DNA of 32,000 nucleotides from Propionibacterium ruminifibrarum (GTDB lineage Bacteria > Actinomycetota > Actinomycetes > Propionibacteriales > Propionibacteriaceae): the NCBI RefSeq assembly GCF_900289195.1, contig NZ_OMOH01000003.1, forward strand, positions 150,001 to 182,000, in the 5' to 3' direction. The position numbers were made by a program, and so were the translations under genes. The notes below the pieces were generated by a model. The model saw nothing but the letters and a program-made list of their open reading frames with translations. It ran no database searches and was not told where the DNA came from. Position 1 is the first letter of the stretch; the number at the start of each line of letters is the position of its first letter. Positions 8,812 to 18,684 of the stretch are shown piece after piece.

Positions 8812-9315
8812 TCAGTCCTCGTCGCCCGGCGGCAGCGCCTTGTTGTCACGAAGAGTGCGCTGGATCGTCCCGGTGAGGATCGAGACCACCATGGCGATGA
8901 GTACGACCCGCCACGGGGCACCGAAGAAGAGGACGCCGATGAGGGCCACCGGCCAGACCGTGCCGCTGATCGTGCCGAGCACGACGGACAGTGTCCGGTG
9001 TGCGTTCCCGCCACGGGGCGCCGGGACCGGCGCCTGCCAGGGCGTCAGGGCGCTTGGGCTGGCGGCGGGCCCGACCGGGCCGGTCTCGTCGAAGAAACGG
9101 GCCTGGGGATCGGCCGGCAGATCGGTGAACAGCGCGTCGAGCTCGTCCTGGTGGTGCGCGGCGAGAACCGCCGACATGCGCTCCTCGAACTCCTCGGTGC
9201 TGAGACGCCCGGCGGCGTAGTGACTCTGCAGGAGCTCGAGTGCTGCGTCCCGTTCGGCGTCGCCGATGCGCAGGAAGGGCTTGTCCACGCGCCCAATGCT
9301 ATTCCCGCCGGTCAC
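8812..9315 (-). CDS. DUF1707 domain membrane protein
   Basis: [35 protein letters not shown] is the DUF1707 signature. The C-terminus has two hydrophobic segments. GTG start is uncertain. Confidence 0.7.
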   Translation of the reverse strand: MTGGNSIGRVDKPFLRIGDAERDAALELLQSHYAAGRLSTEEFEERMSAVLAAHHQDELDALFTDLPADPQARFFDETGPVGPAASPSALTPWQAPVPAPRGGNAHRTLSVVLGTISGTVWPVALIGVLFFGAPWRVVLIAMVVSILTGTIQRTLRDNKALPPGDED

Positions 9316-9360
9316 GGCCGGGCAGCTAGAGTTGGGCTCGTCAGTCCACGAGGGGAAGCC

Positions 9361-10632
9361 ATGGCAAGGATCGTCCAGAAGTACGGCGGGTCATCCGTTG
9401 CGGATGCCGCATCCATCAAACGCGTCGCGCGGCGCATCGCGCGGGCCCGCCACGACGGCAATGACGTCGTCGTCGTCATCTCGGCGATGGGCGACACCAC
9501 CGACGAACTGATGGACCTCGCGCTCGAGGTGAGCCCTCAGCCGCAGCCCCGCGAACTCGACATGCTGCTCACCACCGGCGAGCGCCAGAGCGCCGCCCTG
9601 CTGGCGATGGCCCTCAACGACCTGGGCGTGCCCGCCCGCAGCTACACCGGCAGCCAGGCCGGGGTCATCACCACGGGCCTGCACGGCAACGCCCGCATCA
9701 TCGACATCACGCCCGGCCGCATCAACAAGTCCCTCGAACTCGGCAACGTCACCATCGTGGCCGGTTTCCAGGGCGTCAGCCAGGACACCAAGGACGTCAC
9801 CACCCTCGGGCGCGGCGCCTCGGACACGACGGCGGTCGCCCTGGCAGCATCCCTCGGCGCCGAGTACTGCGAGATCTACACCGACGTCGACGGCGTCTTC
9901 ACCGCCGACCCGCGCATCGTCCCCTCCGCCGCCCAGATCCCCGAGATCACCTACGAGGAGATGATGGAGATGGCGGCCTGCGGCTCCAAGGTGCTGCACC
10001 TGCGCTGCGTCGAGTACGCGCGCCGCGAGAACATCCCCGTGCACGTGCGCAGTTCGTTCAACGACAAGCCCGGCACCTGGGTCACCGGACACACCGACAT
10101 GAGGAAGGGCAATGAGATGGAACAGGCAATGATCACCGGCATCGCGTCCGACCGCGGCGAGGCGAAGGTCACGATCGTCGGTGTGCCCGACCAGATCGGC
10201 AAGGCCGCCAAGATCTTCGACGTCATCGCGGAGGCCGAGATCAACATCGACGTCATCGTGCAGAACGTCTCGGCCGCCAGCGGGCGCACCGACATCTCCT
10301 TCACGCTGCCGATGAGCGACGGCAAGAAGGCCATCGACGCCCTCACCGCCAACCAGGAGGAGATCGGCTTCGAGAAGCTGCTCTACGACGACCAGATCGG
10401 CAAGATCTCCGTCATCGGTGTCGGTATGCGCACCCACCCCGGTGTCACCGCCCGCTTCTTCGACGCCCTGGCCGAGCAGGACATCAACATCGACATGATC
10501 TCCACCTCCGAGATAAGGATCTCCGTCGTGGTCCAGGCCGACCTGCTCGACAAGGCTGTTCGTGCCGCCCACACCGCCTTCGGCCTCGACGCCGATGGTG
10601 AGGCGGTCGTCTACGCGGGTACCGGGCGTTGA
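9361..10632 (+). CDS. ask: aspartate kinase (alpha subunit reading frame)
   Basis: [26 protein letters not shown], an amino-acid kinase domain, then two ACT domains. The ORF-track extension back to 8683 is antisense to the DUF1707 gene and is rejected. Confidence 0.95.
   Translation: MARIVQKYGGSSVADAASIKRVARRIARARHDGNDVVVVISAMGDTTDELMDLALEVSPQPQPRELDMLLTTGERQSAALLAMALNDLGVPARSYTGSQAGVITTGLHGNARIIDITPGRINKSLELGNVTIVAGFQGVSQDTKDVTTLGRGASDTTAVALAASLGAEYCEIYTDVDGVFTADPRIVPSAAQIPEITYEEMMEMAACGSKVLHLRCVEYARRENIPVHVRSSFNDKPGTWVTGHTDMRKGNEMEQAMITGIASDRGEAKVTIVGVPDQIGKAAKIFDVIAEAEINIDVIVQNVSAASGRTDISFTLPMSDGKKAIDALTANQEEIGFEKLLYDDQIGKISVIGVGMRTHPGVTARFFDALAEQDINIDMISTSEIRISVVVQADLLDKAVRAAHTAFGLDADGEAVVYAGTGR
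10117..10632 (+). CDS. possible in-frame aspartokinase beta subunit (internal start)
   Basis: In-frame ATG 10117 ([22 protein letters not shown]) is preceded by GAGGAAGGG at 10101-10109. It sits at the kinase/ACT boundary, as in the overlapping lysC alpha/beta arrangement known from Corynebacterium and Mycobacterium. Confidence 0.5.
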   Translation: MEQAMITGIASDRGEAKVTIVGVPDQIGKAAKIFDVIAEAEINIDVIVQNVSAASGRTDISFTLPMSDGKKAIDALTANQEEIGFEKLLYDDQIGKISVIGVGMRTHPGVTARFFDALAEQDINIDMISTSEIRISVVVQADLLDKAVRAAHTAFGLDADGEAVVYAGTGR

Positions 10633-12554
10633 GCTATCGCCCCCGCAGGGCCGACATCCCGCCGCCGGATCCGTACGGCGACGACGAGCCGACACGCATC
10701 ATCCCGCGCGTCGAGCTCGAGGCCCTCGCCCCCGCCTTCCCCGGGGCGGGGTTACGGATCCACCCCGGCCAGAGCGGCCCGGGGGCGCCGACGACGGGCG
10801 GGACACCCGGGCCGGCCCGCGGCCTGCCCGGTGACCGTCCCGACGTCCCGCGTCGCAGCGCCCCGCCCGACCAGGCCCGGCCCGGCGGGCCGGCAGAGGG
10901 CGAGCAGATCGACCAGGCGGCGATCGACGAGCGCGACCGCCGGAACCTGGGCCGCAACTCCATCCTCATGGCCTCCGGCACCCTCGTGTCCCGGGTGCTC
11001 GGCATGGTCAACGCCATGCTTCTGGTGAAGGTCGTCGGCCAGACGCTCGCCGCCGACGCCTTCCGCTCGGCCAACTCGCTGCCGAACTACATCCTCGTGC
11101 TGCTGTCCGGCGGCATCCTCAACGCCGTCCTGCTGCCGCAGATCACCAAGGCGATGAAACGCCCCGATGGCGGCAGGCAGCTCGTCGACCGTCTCCTGAC
11201 CATCACCTTCGCGCTCATCCTGAGCATCGCCCTGCTCTGCACCGTCGGAGCCGGCCTGCTCATGCGCATCACCCGGCTGCAGGGTCCTGCCCTGCACCTG
11301 GCGATCGAGTTCGCCTACCTGTGCATGCCGCAGGTGCTCTTCTACGGCATCTTCGCCGTCTTCGGCAATCTGCTCAACGCCCGCGGCTCCTTCGGCCCCT
11401 ACGGCTGGGCGCCCGTGCTCAACAACGTCGTCGCGATCGGCGGCGAGCTCCTCTTCCTGCGCATGTGGGGCCAGCAGGCCGACCCGACCACCTGGACGAC
11501 CCCGATGGTGTGGGTGCTGGCCGGCACGGCCACCCTCGGCATCCTCGCCCAGGCCCTCGTCCTAGTGCCCGTGCTCATCCACACCGGTTTCCGCTGGCGG
11601 CCGCGCTGGGGCCTGCGCGGCTACGGGTTCGGCCAGATCGGCCGGTTCGCCAGTCTCACCTTCCTGGCGCTGTGCATCGCCCAGGGCGGCGGCCTGTTCA
11701 TCATGAACGTCGCCACCGGCATGATCGACCGCGCCCCCGAGGGACGCTACGTCGCCGGCTACGCCGCCTACCAGAACGCGAACACGCTCTTCCAGATGCC
11801 GTACTCGCTCATCGCCTTCTCCATCCTCACGGCCCTGTTCCCGCAGCTGGCCCGAGCCTGGCAGCGGCGCGACGAGGCGGTCGGCCTGGGCGACATGCAG
11901 GAACTGCTCTACAAGGGCCTGACCCTGCCGATGGTCGGCATCATCCCGACGAGCGTCATGCTCATCGCGCTCGCCCGCCCGGTCGTGCGCGGCATCTACT
12001 GGAGCCTGACCCCGGAGGAGGCCACCGCCACCGCCTGGGTGCTGGCCGTCATGGTCTCCTCGACCGTCGCGTACACGATCGTGACGCTGCAGCAGCAGTA
12101 CTGTTTCGCCACCGAGCAGGGCGGCACGAATCTGTGGATGCAGTGCCTGGTCACCGGCCTGCAGGTGGCCTTCGCCCTGGTGGCACTGACGGTGCCGGCC
12201 AGCGTCGGCGTCGTGACGATCTGCCTTGGCATGTTCACCGGCAACACGGTGCTGGCACTCGTCTTCACGGCCTACGCCCGCCGCCAGATGGGCGGGCTCA
12301 ACCTGCGCGGCGTCCTCAGCCTGTACGCGCGGATGCTGGCCGCCTCGATCCTCGCCGGGGTGCCCGCCTACTTCACCGCCTCGTACATCGTCTGGACCAT
12401 GCACGACAGGCTCATCGCCCAGTACGCGGCCGACCTCGCCGGGGCGGTCGTCTTCGTCATCTTCCTCCTCATCGGCGTGCGCATCTTCCGGGTCGGGGAG
12501 TTCCAGACCTTCCTCGACTCGATCCTGCGCAGGCTGCACCTCAAACGGGGCTGA
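10629..12554 (+). CDS. murJ: lipid II flippase MurJ/MviN with a Pro/Gly/Arg-rich N-terminal extension
   Basis: The core from about residue 105 ([50 protein letters not shown]) matches the MurJ N-terminus, and multiple TM helices follow. The only in-frame start upstream of the core is TTG 10629, overlapping the ask stop, so the start is uncertain. Confidence 0.85.
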   Translation: MSYRPRRADIPPPDPYGDDEPTRIIPRVELEALAPAFPGAGLRIHPGQSGPGAPTTGGTPGPARGLPGDRPDVPRRSAPPDQARPGGPAEGEQIDQAAIDERDRRNLGRNSILMASGTLVSRVLGMVNAMLLVKVVGQTLAADAFRSANSLPNYILVLLSGGILNAVLLPQITKAMKRPDGGRQLVDRLLTITFALILSIALLCTVGAGLLMRITRLQGPALHLAIEFAYLCMPQVLFYGIFAVFGNLLNARGSFGPYGWAPVLNNVVAIGGELLFLRMWGQQADPTTWTTPMVWVLAGTATLGILAQALVLVPVLIHTGFRWRPRWGLRGYGFGQIGRFASLTFLALCIAQGGGLFIMNVATGMIDRAPEGRYVAGYAAYQNANTLFQMPYSLIAFSILTALFPQLARAWQRRDEAVGLGDMQELLYKGLTLPMVGIIPTSVMLIALARPVVRGIYWSLTPEEATATAWVLAVMVSSTVAYTIVTLQQQYCFATEQGGTNLWMQCLVTGLQVAFALVALTVPASVGVVTICLGMFTGNTVLALVFTAYARRQMGGLNLRGVLSLYARMLAASILAGVPAYFTASYIVWTMHDRLIAQYAADLAGAVVFVIFLLIGVRIFRVGEFQTFLDSILRRLHLKRG

Positions 12555-12654
12555 GCCCGGCCGACACCGTCGCTCAGGCTAGAAGGCCCAACGGGCCCCA
12601 GCAGGAGACGGTTCTCACACCCGCTCCTGTCCCGGCGGGTGACTACCCCTGGGA

Positions 12655-13596
12655 TCAGGAGCGCGAGGAGAGCAGCGCCCGCACCTCGTCGGCGTCCGGA
12701 GGGTTCGCGCCGATGCGCGAGCAGGTGATCGAGGCCGCCGCGCAGCCGGTGCGCAACGCCCGGACCAGGTCCTGATCGTCACTCAGCCACACGCTGAGGA
12801 AGCCGGCGGTGAAGGTGTCACCGGCCCCAACGGTGTCGGCAACGGCGGTGGGGATTCCCGGTACGGACACGGGCTCGCGGTCGGCGCCGACGGCGAAGGC
12901 GCCCTCGCCGCCGGCCGTGACGACGACCAGGTCCAGCCCGTGTTCGCGGGCCATGCCGGCCGCGATGTCCTGGGCCGAGGCCCCACCTTCCGGGTAGAGC
13001 CAGCGCAGGTCCTCATCGCTGGCCCGGACGATGCCGCCGCGCTCGCCGAGCACCTTCAGGAAGGGGGCGAGCAGTTCGGCGTAGCGCTCCCGGTCCGGTT
13101 GCACGGTGGGACGCACGTTCAGGTCGAACGACAGCCTGGCCGGCGTCGTGGACAGGTAGTCGAGCAGGGCGCTGCGGCCGGGTTCGACGACGGCGACCAG
13201 CGAGCCGGTGTGCAGCCAGTCGTCGGCGCTCAGCTGGGGGAAGTCCTGGCCGGTCCAGTTGAAGTTTGCGGTGTTCAGCAGGTGGAAGGTGTAGGTCGCC
13301 TGGCCTGTGGAATCCACGCTGACGATCGCCAGCGAGGTGGGCTCGGACTCGGTCTGCACCGTCATGTCCAGGCCGACGCGGTTGACGGCCAGGTGGCTGC
13401 GCAGCTGAGCGCCGAAACCGTCGCCGCCGAGCCTGCCCAGGAACTGGGCGGGCAGGCCCAGACGGGCCAGGGCAATGGCCGTGTTGAGCGGCCCGCCGGC
13501 CGAGTGGGCCTGCCACAGGCTCGACTGTGTCGTGCCGGGGACGGAGTTGTCGGGGATGAGGTCGATGAGTGCTTCGCCGCACACCACTACGCGCAT
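12655..13596 (-). CDS. PfkB family carbohydrate kinase (fructokinase-like)
   Basis: MRVVVCGEALIDLIP, GGPLNTAIALARLG and the C-terminal PfkB signature DTVGAGDTFTAGFL. Confidence 0.85.
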   Translation of the reverse strand: MRVVVCGEALIDLIPDNSVPGTTQSSLWQAHSAGGPLNTAIALARLGLPAQFLGRLGGDGFGAQLRSHLAVNRVGLDMTVQTESEPTSLAIVSVDSTGQATYTFHLLNTANFNWTGQDFPQLSADDWLHTGSLVAVVEPGRSALLDYLSTTPARLSFDLNVRPTVQPDRERYAELLAPFLKVLGERGGIVRASDEDLRWLYPEGGASAQDIAAGMAREHGLDLVVVTAGGEGAFAVGADREPVSVPGIPTAVADTVGAGDTFTAGFLSVWLSDDQDLVRALRTGCAAASITCSRIGANPPDADEVRALLSSRS

Positions 13597-13671
13597 GGCT
13601 CCACTCTAGGGTAGATGGCCCGGCCGTGTCGGCCGATCACCGGACTCGTGCCGGCCGTTTTGCGGCGCCGT

Positions 13672-14529
13672 TCACTTGCGTCCGTGGATGATGCCGGCGC
13701 CCTTGAGCATCCAGGGCGTCCTGATCCAGGCTGGTGCGCCGGCCACGCTCTCGGTGCGCGGGATGTACTCGATCTGTGTGACGCCCCCGTCGCGCAGTTC
13801 CTGCACGAAGGCCTCCATGTCGCCGTAGAGCCTGCGGTGACCGAACATGTCCTGGAAGCTGAAGGCGCCGCCGGGGCGGACCACGCGCAGGGCCTCGCGG
13901 ACGAGCGCCCGCTTGTCTGGTTCGGAACGCACCTCGTGGAAGACGAAGTTGCTGACCGCGGCATCGAAGGCGCCGTCGGGGGCGTCGAGACGGGCCGCGT
14001 CACCGTCGACGAAGGCCACGCGGTCGTCGACGTTCTCGGCGCGGGCGTTATGCTCGCACTGCTCCCTGGCATGACTCCACTTGGGGTTCCACCGGTCGAT
14101 CCCGGTGAACCGGCCGCCGGGGAAGGTCTTGGCGCATCGGATGGTGAGCGCCCCGGCGCCGCAGCCGATGTCGAGCAGCTCGCCACGGCCATCCCAGTCG
14201 AGGTTGTCGACGACCAGCTGGTGCATGGCGCCCATGAGGCGGCCGCCGTCGAAGGCGAAGCGTCGGCGGCACAACTCCAGGTAGCCGGTGAGGGCCAGTG
14301 CGAGAAGACACAGCACGCCGACGACGGCCAGGACGGCCTGGTTCGCCCACATGATGAGCAGCAGGGAGAGGACCAGTAATAGGATGCCGGAGGCGACGAG
14401 CAGGGTGCCCATGAGCGCGGCCGGCACCCAGTTGCCGTAGTCGACCTGGCCGGTGCGTTGCAGTTCTGCCTCTGCCCAGGCGTACCCCTGCGTGTCGGTA
14501 CGCGGTGGTTGTCCATCGCGTTCGGTCAT
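13672..14529 (-). CDS. class I SAM-dependent methyltransferase with two N-terminal TM helices
   Basis: SAM-binding motif I LLDIGCGAGALT, then an FDAAVSNFVFHEV and LRVVRPGGAF pattern. Residues ~35-85 form two hydrophobic helices. GGAGGAA SD upstream of the ATG. Confidence 0.8.
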   Translation of the reverse strand: MTERDGQPPRTDTQGYAWAEAELQRTGQVDYGNWVPAALMGTLLVASGILLLVLSLLLIMWANQAVLAVVGVLCLLALALTGYLELCRRRFAFDGGRLMGAMHQLVVDNLDWDGRGELLDIGCGAGALTIRCAKTFPGGRFTGIDRWNPKWSHAREQCEHNARAENVDDRVAFVDGDAARLDAPDGAFDAAVSNFVFHEVRSEPDKRALVREALRVVRPGGAFSFQDMFGHRRLYGDMEAFVQELRDGGVTQIEYIPRTESVAGAPAWIRTPWMLKGAGIIHGRK

Positions 14530-14663
14530 GCTGTTCCTCCACCCATCTCAGGGCAGCAGCTTAGTGAACCCCTGAGCGTCCGGCTAGGGTTGGGAGAAGA
14601 AAAACCCATGTCAGAGGCCAGTTTCGCCCCTAGGTGACACGCGGACCGGCCAGGCGGGCGGGT

Positions 14664-15185
14664 TCAGGAGGCCAGGTGTTCGACGAGTTCGGCGCCCGGC
14701 AGGGCCAGCAGTGAGCGGCCGGGGACGATGAGTTTGGCCGCCCGGGTGCCGGCCCCGATGCAGACCTGGTCGGCGGCGGCCACGGCTGAGTCGATCCAGA
14801 TCGGCCAGGCCGCGGGCAGGCCGACGGGTGTGATCGCGCCGTACTCCATGCCGGACTCGGCGACGGCGTCGTCCATGGGCGCGAAGGAGCACTTGCGCAC
14901 GTCCAGGCGCCTGCGGACGAGCCGGTTGACGTCGACGCGGGTCGTTGCCAGGGCCAGACAGGCCGCCGTGCGCACGTCCTCGCCGCGCCGGCCGCGGACG
15001 ATCACGCAGTTGGCGCAGGTCGACTCGTCCTCACCATAGGCGCGGCACAGCGCCTCGGTGTCCGACAGGGCCGGGTCGATGGCGAAGACCTGGGCCTCGG
15101 GCAGCAGGTGGATGAGTCGGCGGACTGGCTCGCCGAGCAGCTCGGGGTGCTCGGTGGCGGGCAGGTGCACAAGGGCGTCGAACAT
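14664..15185 (-). CDS. YbaK/ProX-type aminoacyl-tRNA editing domain protein
   Basis: 173 aa with a pattern (..ANCVIVRGRR.., VDVNRLVRRRLDVRKCSFAPMDDAVAESGMEYGAITPVGLP) typical of YbaK/EbsC-like trans-editing deacylases. Assignment by family resemblance only. Confidence 0.7.
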   Translation of the reverse strand: MFDALVHLPATEHPELLGEPVRRLIHLLPEAQVFAIDPALSDTEALCRAYGEDESTCANCVIVRGRRGEDVRTAACLALATTRVDVNRLVRRRLDVRKCSFAPMDDAVAESGMEYGAITPVGLPAAWPIWIDSAVAAADQVCIGAGTRAAKLIVPGRSLLALPGAELVEHLAS

Positions 15186-15348
15186 GGTTCGAGACTAGTG
15201 CGGGTACCGAGTCCGTCACCGCCCGTCCGCGCCGGCAGGCCCGCCGGGAATGGCACGAATGTGCGGCACAGGGGCGTCCGGTGTGAAGATGCTGTCGACC
15301 TGCCGTCCTGCTGATGAATGGGGGAGGGCCCCGGGGTAGCTTCGTGTC

Positions 15349-16350
15349 ATGAAGAAACTCATCAATTCCGTCGACACCGTGGTCACAGATGCCCTCACCG
15401 GCATGGCGGCGGCGCACCCGGGCGCTCTCCGCGTGGACACCGATCAGCACATCGTCTACCGCGCGCAGGCCAAGGAGCAGGGCAAGGTCGCCATCGTCTC
15501 CGGCGGCGGCAGCGGCCACGAGCCGCTGCACGGCGGATTCGTCGGCTCCGGGATGCTCGACGCCGCATGCGCGGGCGAGATCTTCACCTCACCCGTTCCC
15601 GACCAGATCGTCGCGGCCACCGCTGCCGTTGACCGCGGCGCCGGCGTGCTGCACCTGGTGAAGAACTACACCGGTGACGTCATGAACTTCGAGATGGCAG
15701 CCGAGATCGTCGCCGCCGATGGGATCGAGGTGGCCTCGGTCGTCACCAACGACGACGTGGCGGTCGAGGACTCCCTCTACACGGCGGGCCGCCGGGGCGT
15801 GGGCGTCACCGTCCTCGCCGAGAAGATCGCCGGCGCCGCCGCCGAGGAGGGCCAGTCCCTGGCCCAGGTCGCCGAGATCGCCACCCGCGTCAACGCCAAC
15901 GGACGCTCGATGGGCATGGCCCTGACAAGCTGCACCGTTCCGGCCAACGGCAAGCCCTCGTTCGACCTGCCCGACGACGAGATGGAGATCGGCATCGGCA
16001 TTCATGGCGAACCGGGCCGCCACCGCGAGAAGATCGCCCCGGCCTCCGAGATCGCCGGCCGGCTGACCGAGCCGATCCTTGCCGAGCTGCCAGCCGGCGA
16101 CGGCCGCGGCGTCATCGCCTTCCTCAACGGCATGGGCGCCAGCCCGCTGCTGGAGCTCTACCTCATGTACGGCGAGGTCGCCAAGATTCTCGGTGCGGCC
16201 GGCATCACCGTCGAGCGCTCGCTCGTCGGCAACTACATCACCAGCCTCGACATGGCCGGCTGCTCGCTCACCCTGCTGCGCGCCGACGACGAGCTGCTGC
16301 GCCTGTGGGACGCCCCGGTGAACACGCCCGGCCTGCGCTGGGGAGTGTGA
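15349..16350 (+). CDS. dhaK: dihydroxyacetone kinase subunit DhaK
   Basis: [60 protein letters not shown] is the DhaK signature. Confidence 0.95.
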   Translation: MKKLINSVDTVVTDALTGMAAAHPGALRVDTDQHIVYRAQAKEQGKVAIVSGGGSGHEPLHGGFVGSGMLDAACAGEIFTSPVPDQIVAATAAVDRGAGVLHLVKNYTGDVMNFEMAAEIVAADGIEVASVVTNDDVAVEDSLYTAGRRGVGVTVLAEKIAGAAAEEGQSLAQVAEIATRVNANGRSMGMALTSCTVPANGKPSFDLPDDEMEIGIGIHGEPGRHREKIAPASEIAGRLTEPILAELPAGDGRGVIAFLNGMGASPLLELYLMYGEVAKILGAAGITVERSLVGNYITSLDMAGCSLTLLRADDELLRLWDAPVNTPGLRWGV

Positions 16351-16352
16351 GC

Positions 16353-16991
16353 ATGGCGTCCACGATCGATCTGAAGGGCCTCGTCACCTGGCTCGAACTG
16401 GCCGACGCGGTGATCGCCGAGCACGCCGACGAGCTCACCCAGCTCGACGCGGCCATCGGCGACGCCGACCACGGCACCAACATGAGACGCGGCATGGCGG
16501 CCGCGGTCGAGGCCGTCGCGGCCGGCCAGTTCACCACTGCCGATGCGATGCTCAAGAAGGTGGGCATGACGCTCGTGTCCACCGTCGGCGGGGCCTCGGG
16601 GCCGCTGTACGGCACGTTCTTCCTGCGCATGGGCGGCGCCCTGGCCGGCAAGGACGAGATTGACGCGGCGGCCCTGGCTGCTGCCGTGGAGGCCGGCATC
16701 GGCGGTCTCGTCCAGCGGGGCAAGGCCGCCGCGGGTGAGAAGACGATGCTCGACGCCTGGTACCCGGCGCTCGAGGCCCTCACGGCGCACCCCGGCGACG
16801 TGGCGGAGGCCACCCGCGCAGCCGCCGACGCCGCGGCGGCCGGCCGTGACGCCACCGAACCGATGATCGCGACCAAGGGCCGCGCCTCCTACCTGGGAGA
16901 GCGGTCGACGGGGCACATCGACCCCGGCGCCGCCTCGACGGCGCTCCTCCTCGACGCCCTGGCGCGGGCCGCCGCGGGTGAGACCGCATGA
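16353..16991 (+). CDS. dhaL: dihydroxyacetone kinase subunit DhaL (ADP-binding)
   Basis: LDAAIGDADHGTNMRRGM is the DhaL motif. ATG lies 2 nt after the dhaK stop. The ORF-track start at 16305 overlaps dhaK and is not needed. Confidence 0.9.
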   Translation: MASTIDLKGLVTWLELADAVIAEHADELTQLDAAIGDADHGTNMRRGMAAAVEAVAAGQFTTADAMLKKVGMTLVSTVGGASGPLYGTFFLRMGGALAGKDEIDAAALAAAVEAGIGGLVQRGKAAAGEKTMLDAWYPALEALTAHPGDVAEATRAAADAAAAGRDATEPMIATKGRASYLGERSTGHIDPGAASTALLLDALARAAAGETA

Positions 16992-17395
16992 TCGGCGTCG
17001 TCGTCGTCTCGCACTCGCCCGAACTCGCCGCCGCAGCGGTCGGCCTCGCCAGGGGGCTCATGCCGCCGTCGGAGGTGCGGCTGGAGACCGCCGCCGGCAC
17101 CGCCGAGGGGACGCTCGGCACCGACGCCATGGCGATCGTTGAGGCCATCGGGCGGGCCGATGACGGCGAGGGCGTCGTCGTGCTCATGGACCTGGGCAGT
17201 GCCGTGATGAGCGCCCAGACGGCCGTCGAGTTCCTCGAGCCCGAGGTGGCCCAGCGCACCAGGCTGCTGGCCGCCCCGCTCGTCGAGGGCCTGTTCGCCG
17301 CCTACTCGGCGGCGACCATCGGCCGTGACCTCGACCGGGTGTGCGCCGAGGCCGAGAAGGCCGTCGACGCGAAGAAGAAGCAGCTGGCCGGCTGA
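16988..17395 (+). CDS. dhaM: PTS-dependent dihydroxyacetone kinase phosphotransferase subunit DhaM (single EIIA-Man-like domain)
   Basis: MIGVVVVSHSPELA with the conserved His near position 9. 135 aa, so only the EIIA-like domain and no fused HPr or EI-like domains. ATGA overlap with the dhaL stop. Confidence 0.85.
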   Translation: MIGVVVVSHSPELAAAAVGLARGLMPPSEVRLETAAGTAEGTLGTDAMAIVEAIGRADDGEGVVVLMDLGSAVMSAQTAVEFLEPEVAQRTRLLAAPLVEGLFAAYSAATIGRDLDRVCAEAEKAVDAKKKQLAG

Positions 17396-17416
17396 TCCGA
17401 CGCCTGCCGGCATGAC

Positions 17417-17446
17417 AGTGGCGCGGGCCGCAGGGCCCGCGCCACT
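17417..17446. terminator. GC-rich hairpin between convergent dhaM and the LacI-family gene
   Basis: AGTGGCGCGGGCC-gcag-GGCCCGCGCCACT: a perfect 13-bp stem starting 22 nt after the dhaM stop, followed by TTCGCG (weak U-tract). Confidence 0.5.
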
Positions 17447-17592
17447 TCGCGCCCGGGTCCGTTCTCCTCGGCTCGGGCCGGCCCCGAGTCGACCGGTCGT
17501 GACCAACGCTGTGCCGGTCCCGGTCCCGCGCCGCCGGGTGTGGGCTTCGGGCCGGTTCGGGCGATGAGCGCCCGGCTCGGCCGCCCACCGGG

Positions 17593-18612
17593 TCAGTGGT
17601 CGGGCCGGGCCGGTGCCGTGCTCTCGCGCTCGGTGAGCTCGGGCACCAGGACCTGCTCCCCAGCGACGAACCGCTGCCGCGCGAGCCCGGCCGCACGCTC
17701 GCGCGCGACATGGGCCATGAGCGTCGTGTCCTGGCGGATCGTGGTGAGCGGGGTGACCGCGGTGCGTGCGATGCGCGCGTCGTCGAAACCGATCACCGAG
17801 ACGTCCTCGGGCACCCGTAGGCCGGCGCGGACGAGCATGGTGAGCACGCCCGTGGCCGCGCGGTCGTTGAAGGCCGCGATCGCCGTCGGCGGTTCGCCCT
17901 CGTCGAGAATCCGCCGTGTGGCGCGGATGCCCTCCTCCTCGGTGTTGCCGCCCGGTATCACCCGGGCCTGATCGCTCAGGCCGTGTGCTGCCATCGTGTC
18001 CCGGAAGGAGCGCCGCCTGATCGCGGCCCCGGGGTGCTGGCCGCCGTCGATGTAGGCGATCGCCCGGTGCCCGAGCCCGATGAGGTGCTCGGTGGCCAGC
18101 CGCTGGCCGCCCCGGTCATCGGTGCGGACCACGTCGATCCCGGCGGCGCGCACCTGCCGGGCGACGAGCACCAGGGGCACCTCCTCACGGATGCGGCGCA
18201 GCCGTGCCACGGGCAGCATGCTGCCGATGAGGATGATCGCCTCGCACCGTTGACGCAGGAGCGGTTCGATCGTGTGCTCGACGTCACGTCCGGGGACCAT
18301 GGCCCCCAGCACGAGGTCGAAGCCGTCTCCCTCCGTGCCGTACAGCCCCTCGACAAGGTCGGCGTGGAACGGCTCGGCGACGTGGTAGGCGACGCCGATG
18401 AGCCCCGAACTGCTCCGCCGCAGGCTCCTGGCTCGCTCGTCGGGACGGTAACCGATGCTCTCCGCGGCCTCCATGACCCGCTTGCGGGTGGCGTCCGAGG
18501 CCCCCGGGGCCCCGCGCATGACGATCGAGGCGAGCGACGTGGAGCATCCCGCGGCCTCGGCGAGCTCGACGAGTGTCGGGCTCTGTCTGCCGCGCCTGCT
18601 GCCTGCCACCAT
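17593..18612 (-). CDS. LacI family transcriptional regulator
   Basis: N-terminal HTH PTLVELAEAAGCSTSLASIVMRG..ATRKRVMEAAESIGYRPDERARSLRR, followed by a periplasmic-binding-protein-like sugar-binding domain. Confidence 0.9.
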   Translation of the reverse strand: MVAGSRRGRQSPTLVELAEAAGCSTSLASIVMRGAPGASDATRKRVMEAAESIGYRPDERARSLRRSSSGLIGVAYHVAEPFHADLVEGLYGTEGDGFDLVLGAMVPGRDVEHTIEPLLRQRCEAIILIGSMLPVARLRRIREEVPLVLVARQVRAAGIDVVRTDDRGGQRLATEHLIGLGHRAIAYIDGGQHPGAAIRRRSFRDTMAAHGLSDQARVIPGGNTEEEGIRATRRILDEGEPPTAIAAFNDRAATGVLTMLVRAGLRVPEDVSVIGFDDARIARTAVTPLTTIRQDTTLMAHVARERAAGLARQRFVAGEQVLVPELTERESTAPARPDH

Positions 18613-18684
18613 GCCCTCCCCGGTCCCGGCCTTGTGCCAGCAAGCCTAGATCATCCCCGGAGCATCCCCGCTGGACGGGTTTAA

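Noticed and set aside
8683-9360. The ORF-track version of aspartokinase is extended by 226 codons at its 5' end (649 aa).
   Set aside because: The extension is antisense to the DUF1707 gene and Arg/Pro-rich. Aspartokinases start at the [12 protein letters not shown] motif (ATG 9361). The same logic removes the 5' extensions of the Hyi-like ORF (19178-19870) and the DUF4177 ORF (25977-26396).
14581-14640. A T-rich stretch (gggtttttcttctccc on the minus strand) flanked by a CTAGGG/CCCTAG inverted repeat, between the ybaK-like and methyltransferase genes. I considered a terminator or small RNA.
   Set aside because: The T-run is not preceded by a stable stem. The 6-bp inverted repeat is separated by about 37 nt with only weak internal pairing. 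The evidence is insufficient for any call.
15186-15348. I looked for a copy of the LacI-type palindrome (CTAGAACGTTCTAG) upstream of dhaK, to link dhaKLM to the neighbouring regulator.
   Set aside because: Only an ACTAGT hexamer is present at 15194-15199, and it belongs to the TAGTCT -10 element. There is no operator-like dyad, so co-regulation is unsupported by sequence.
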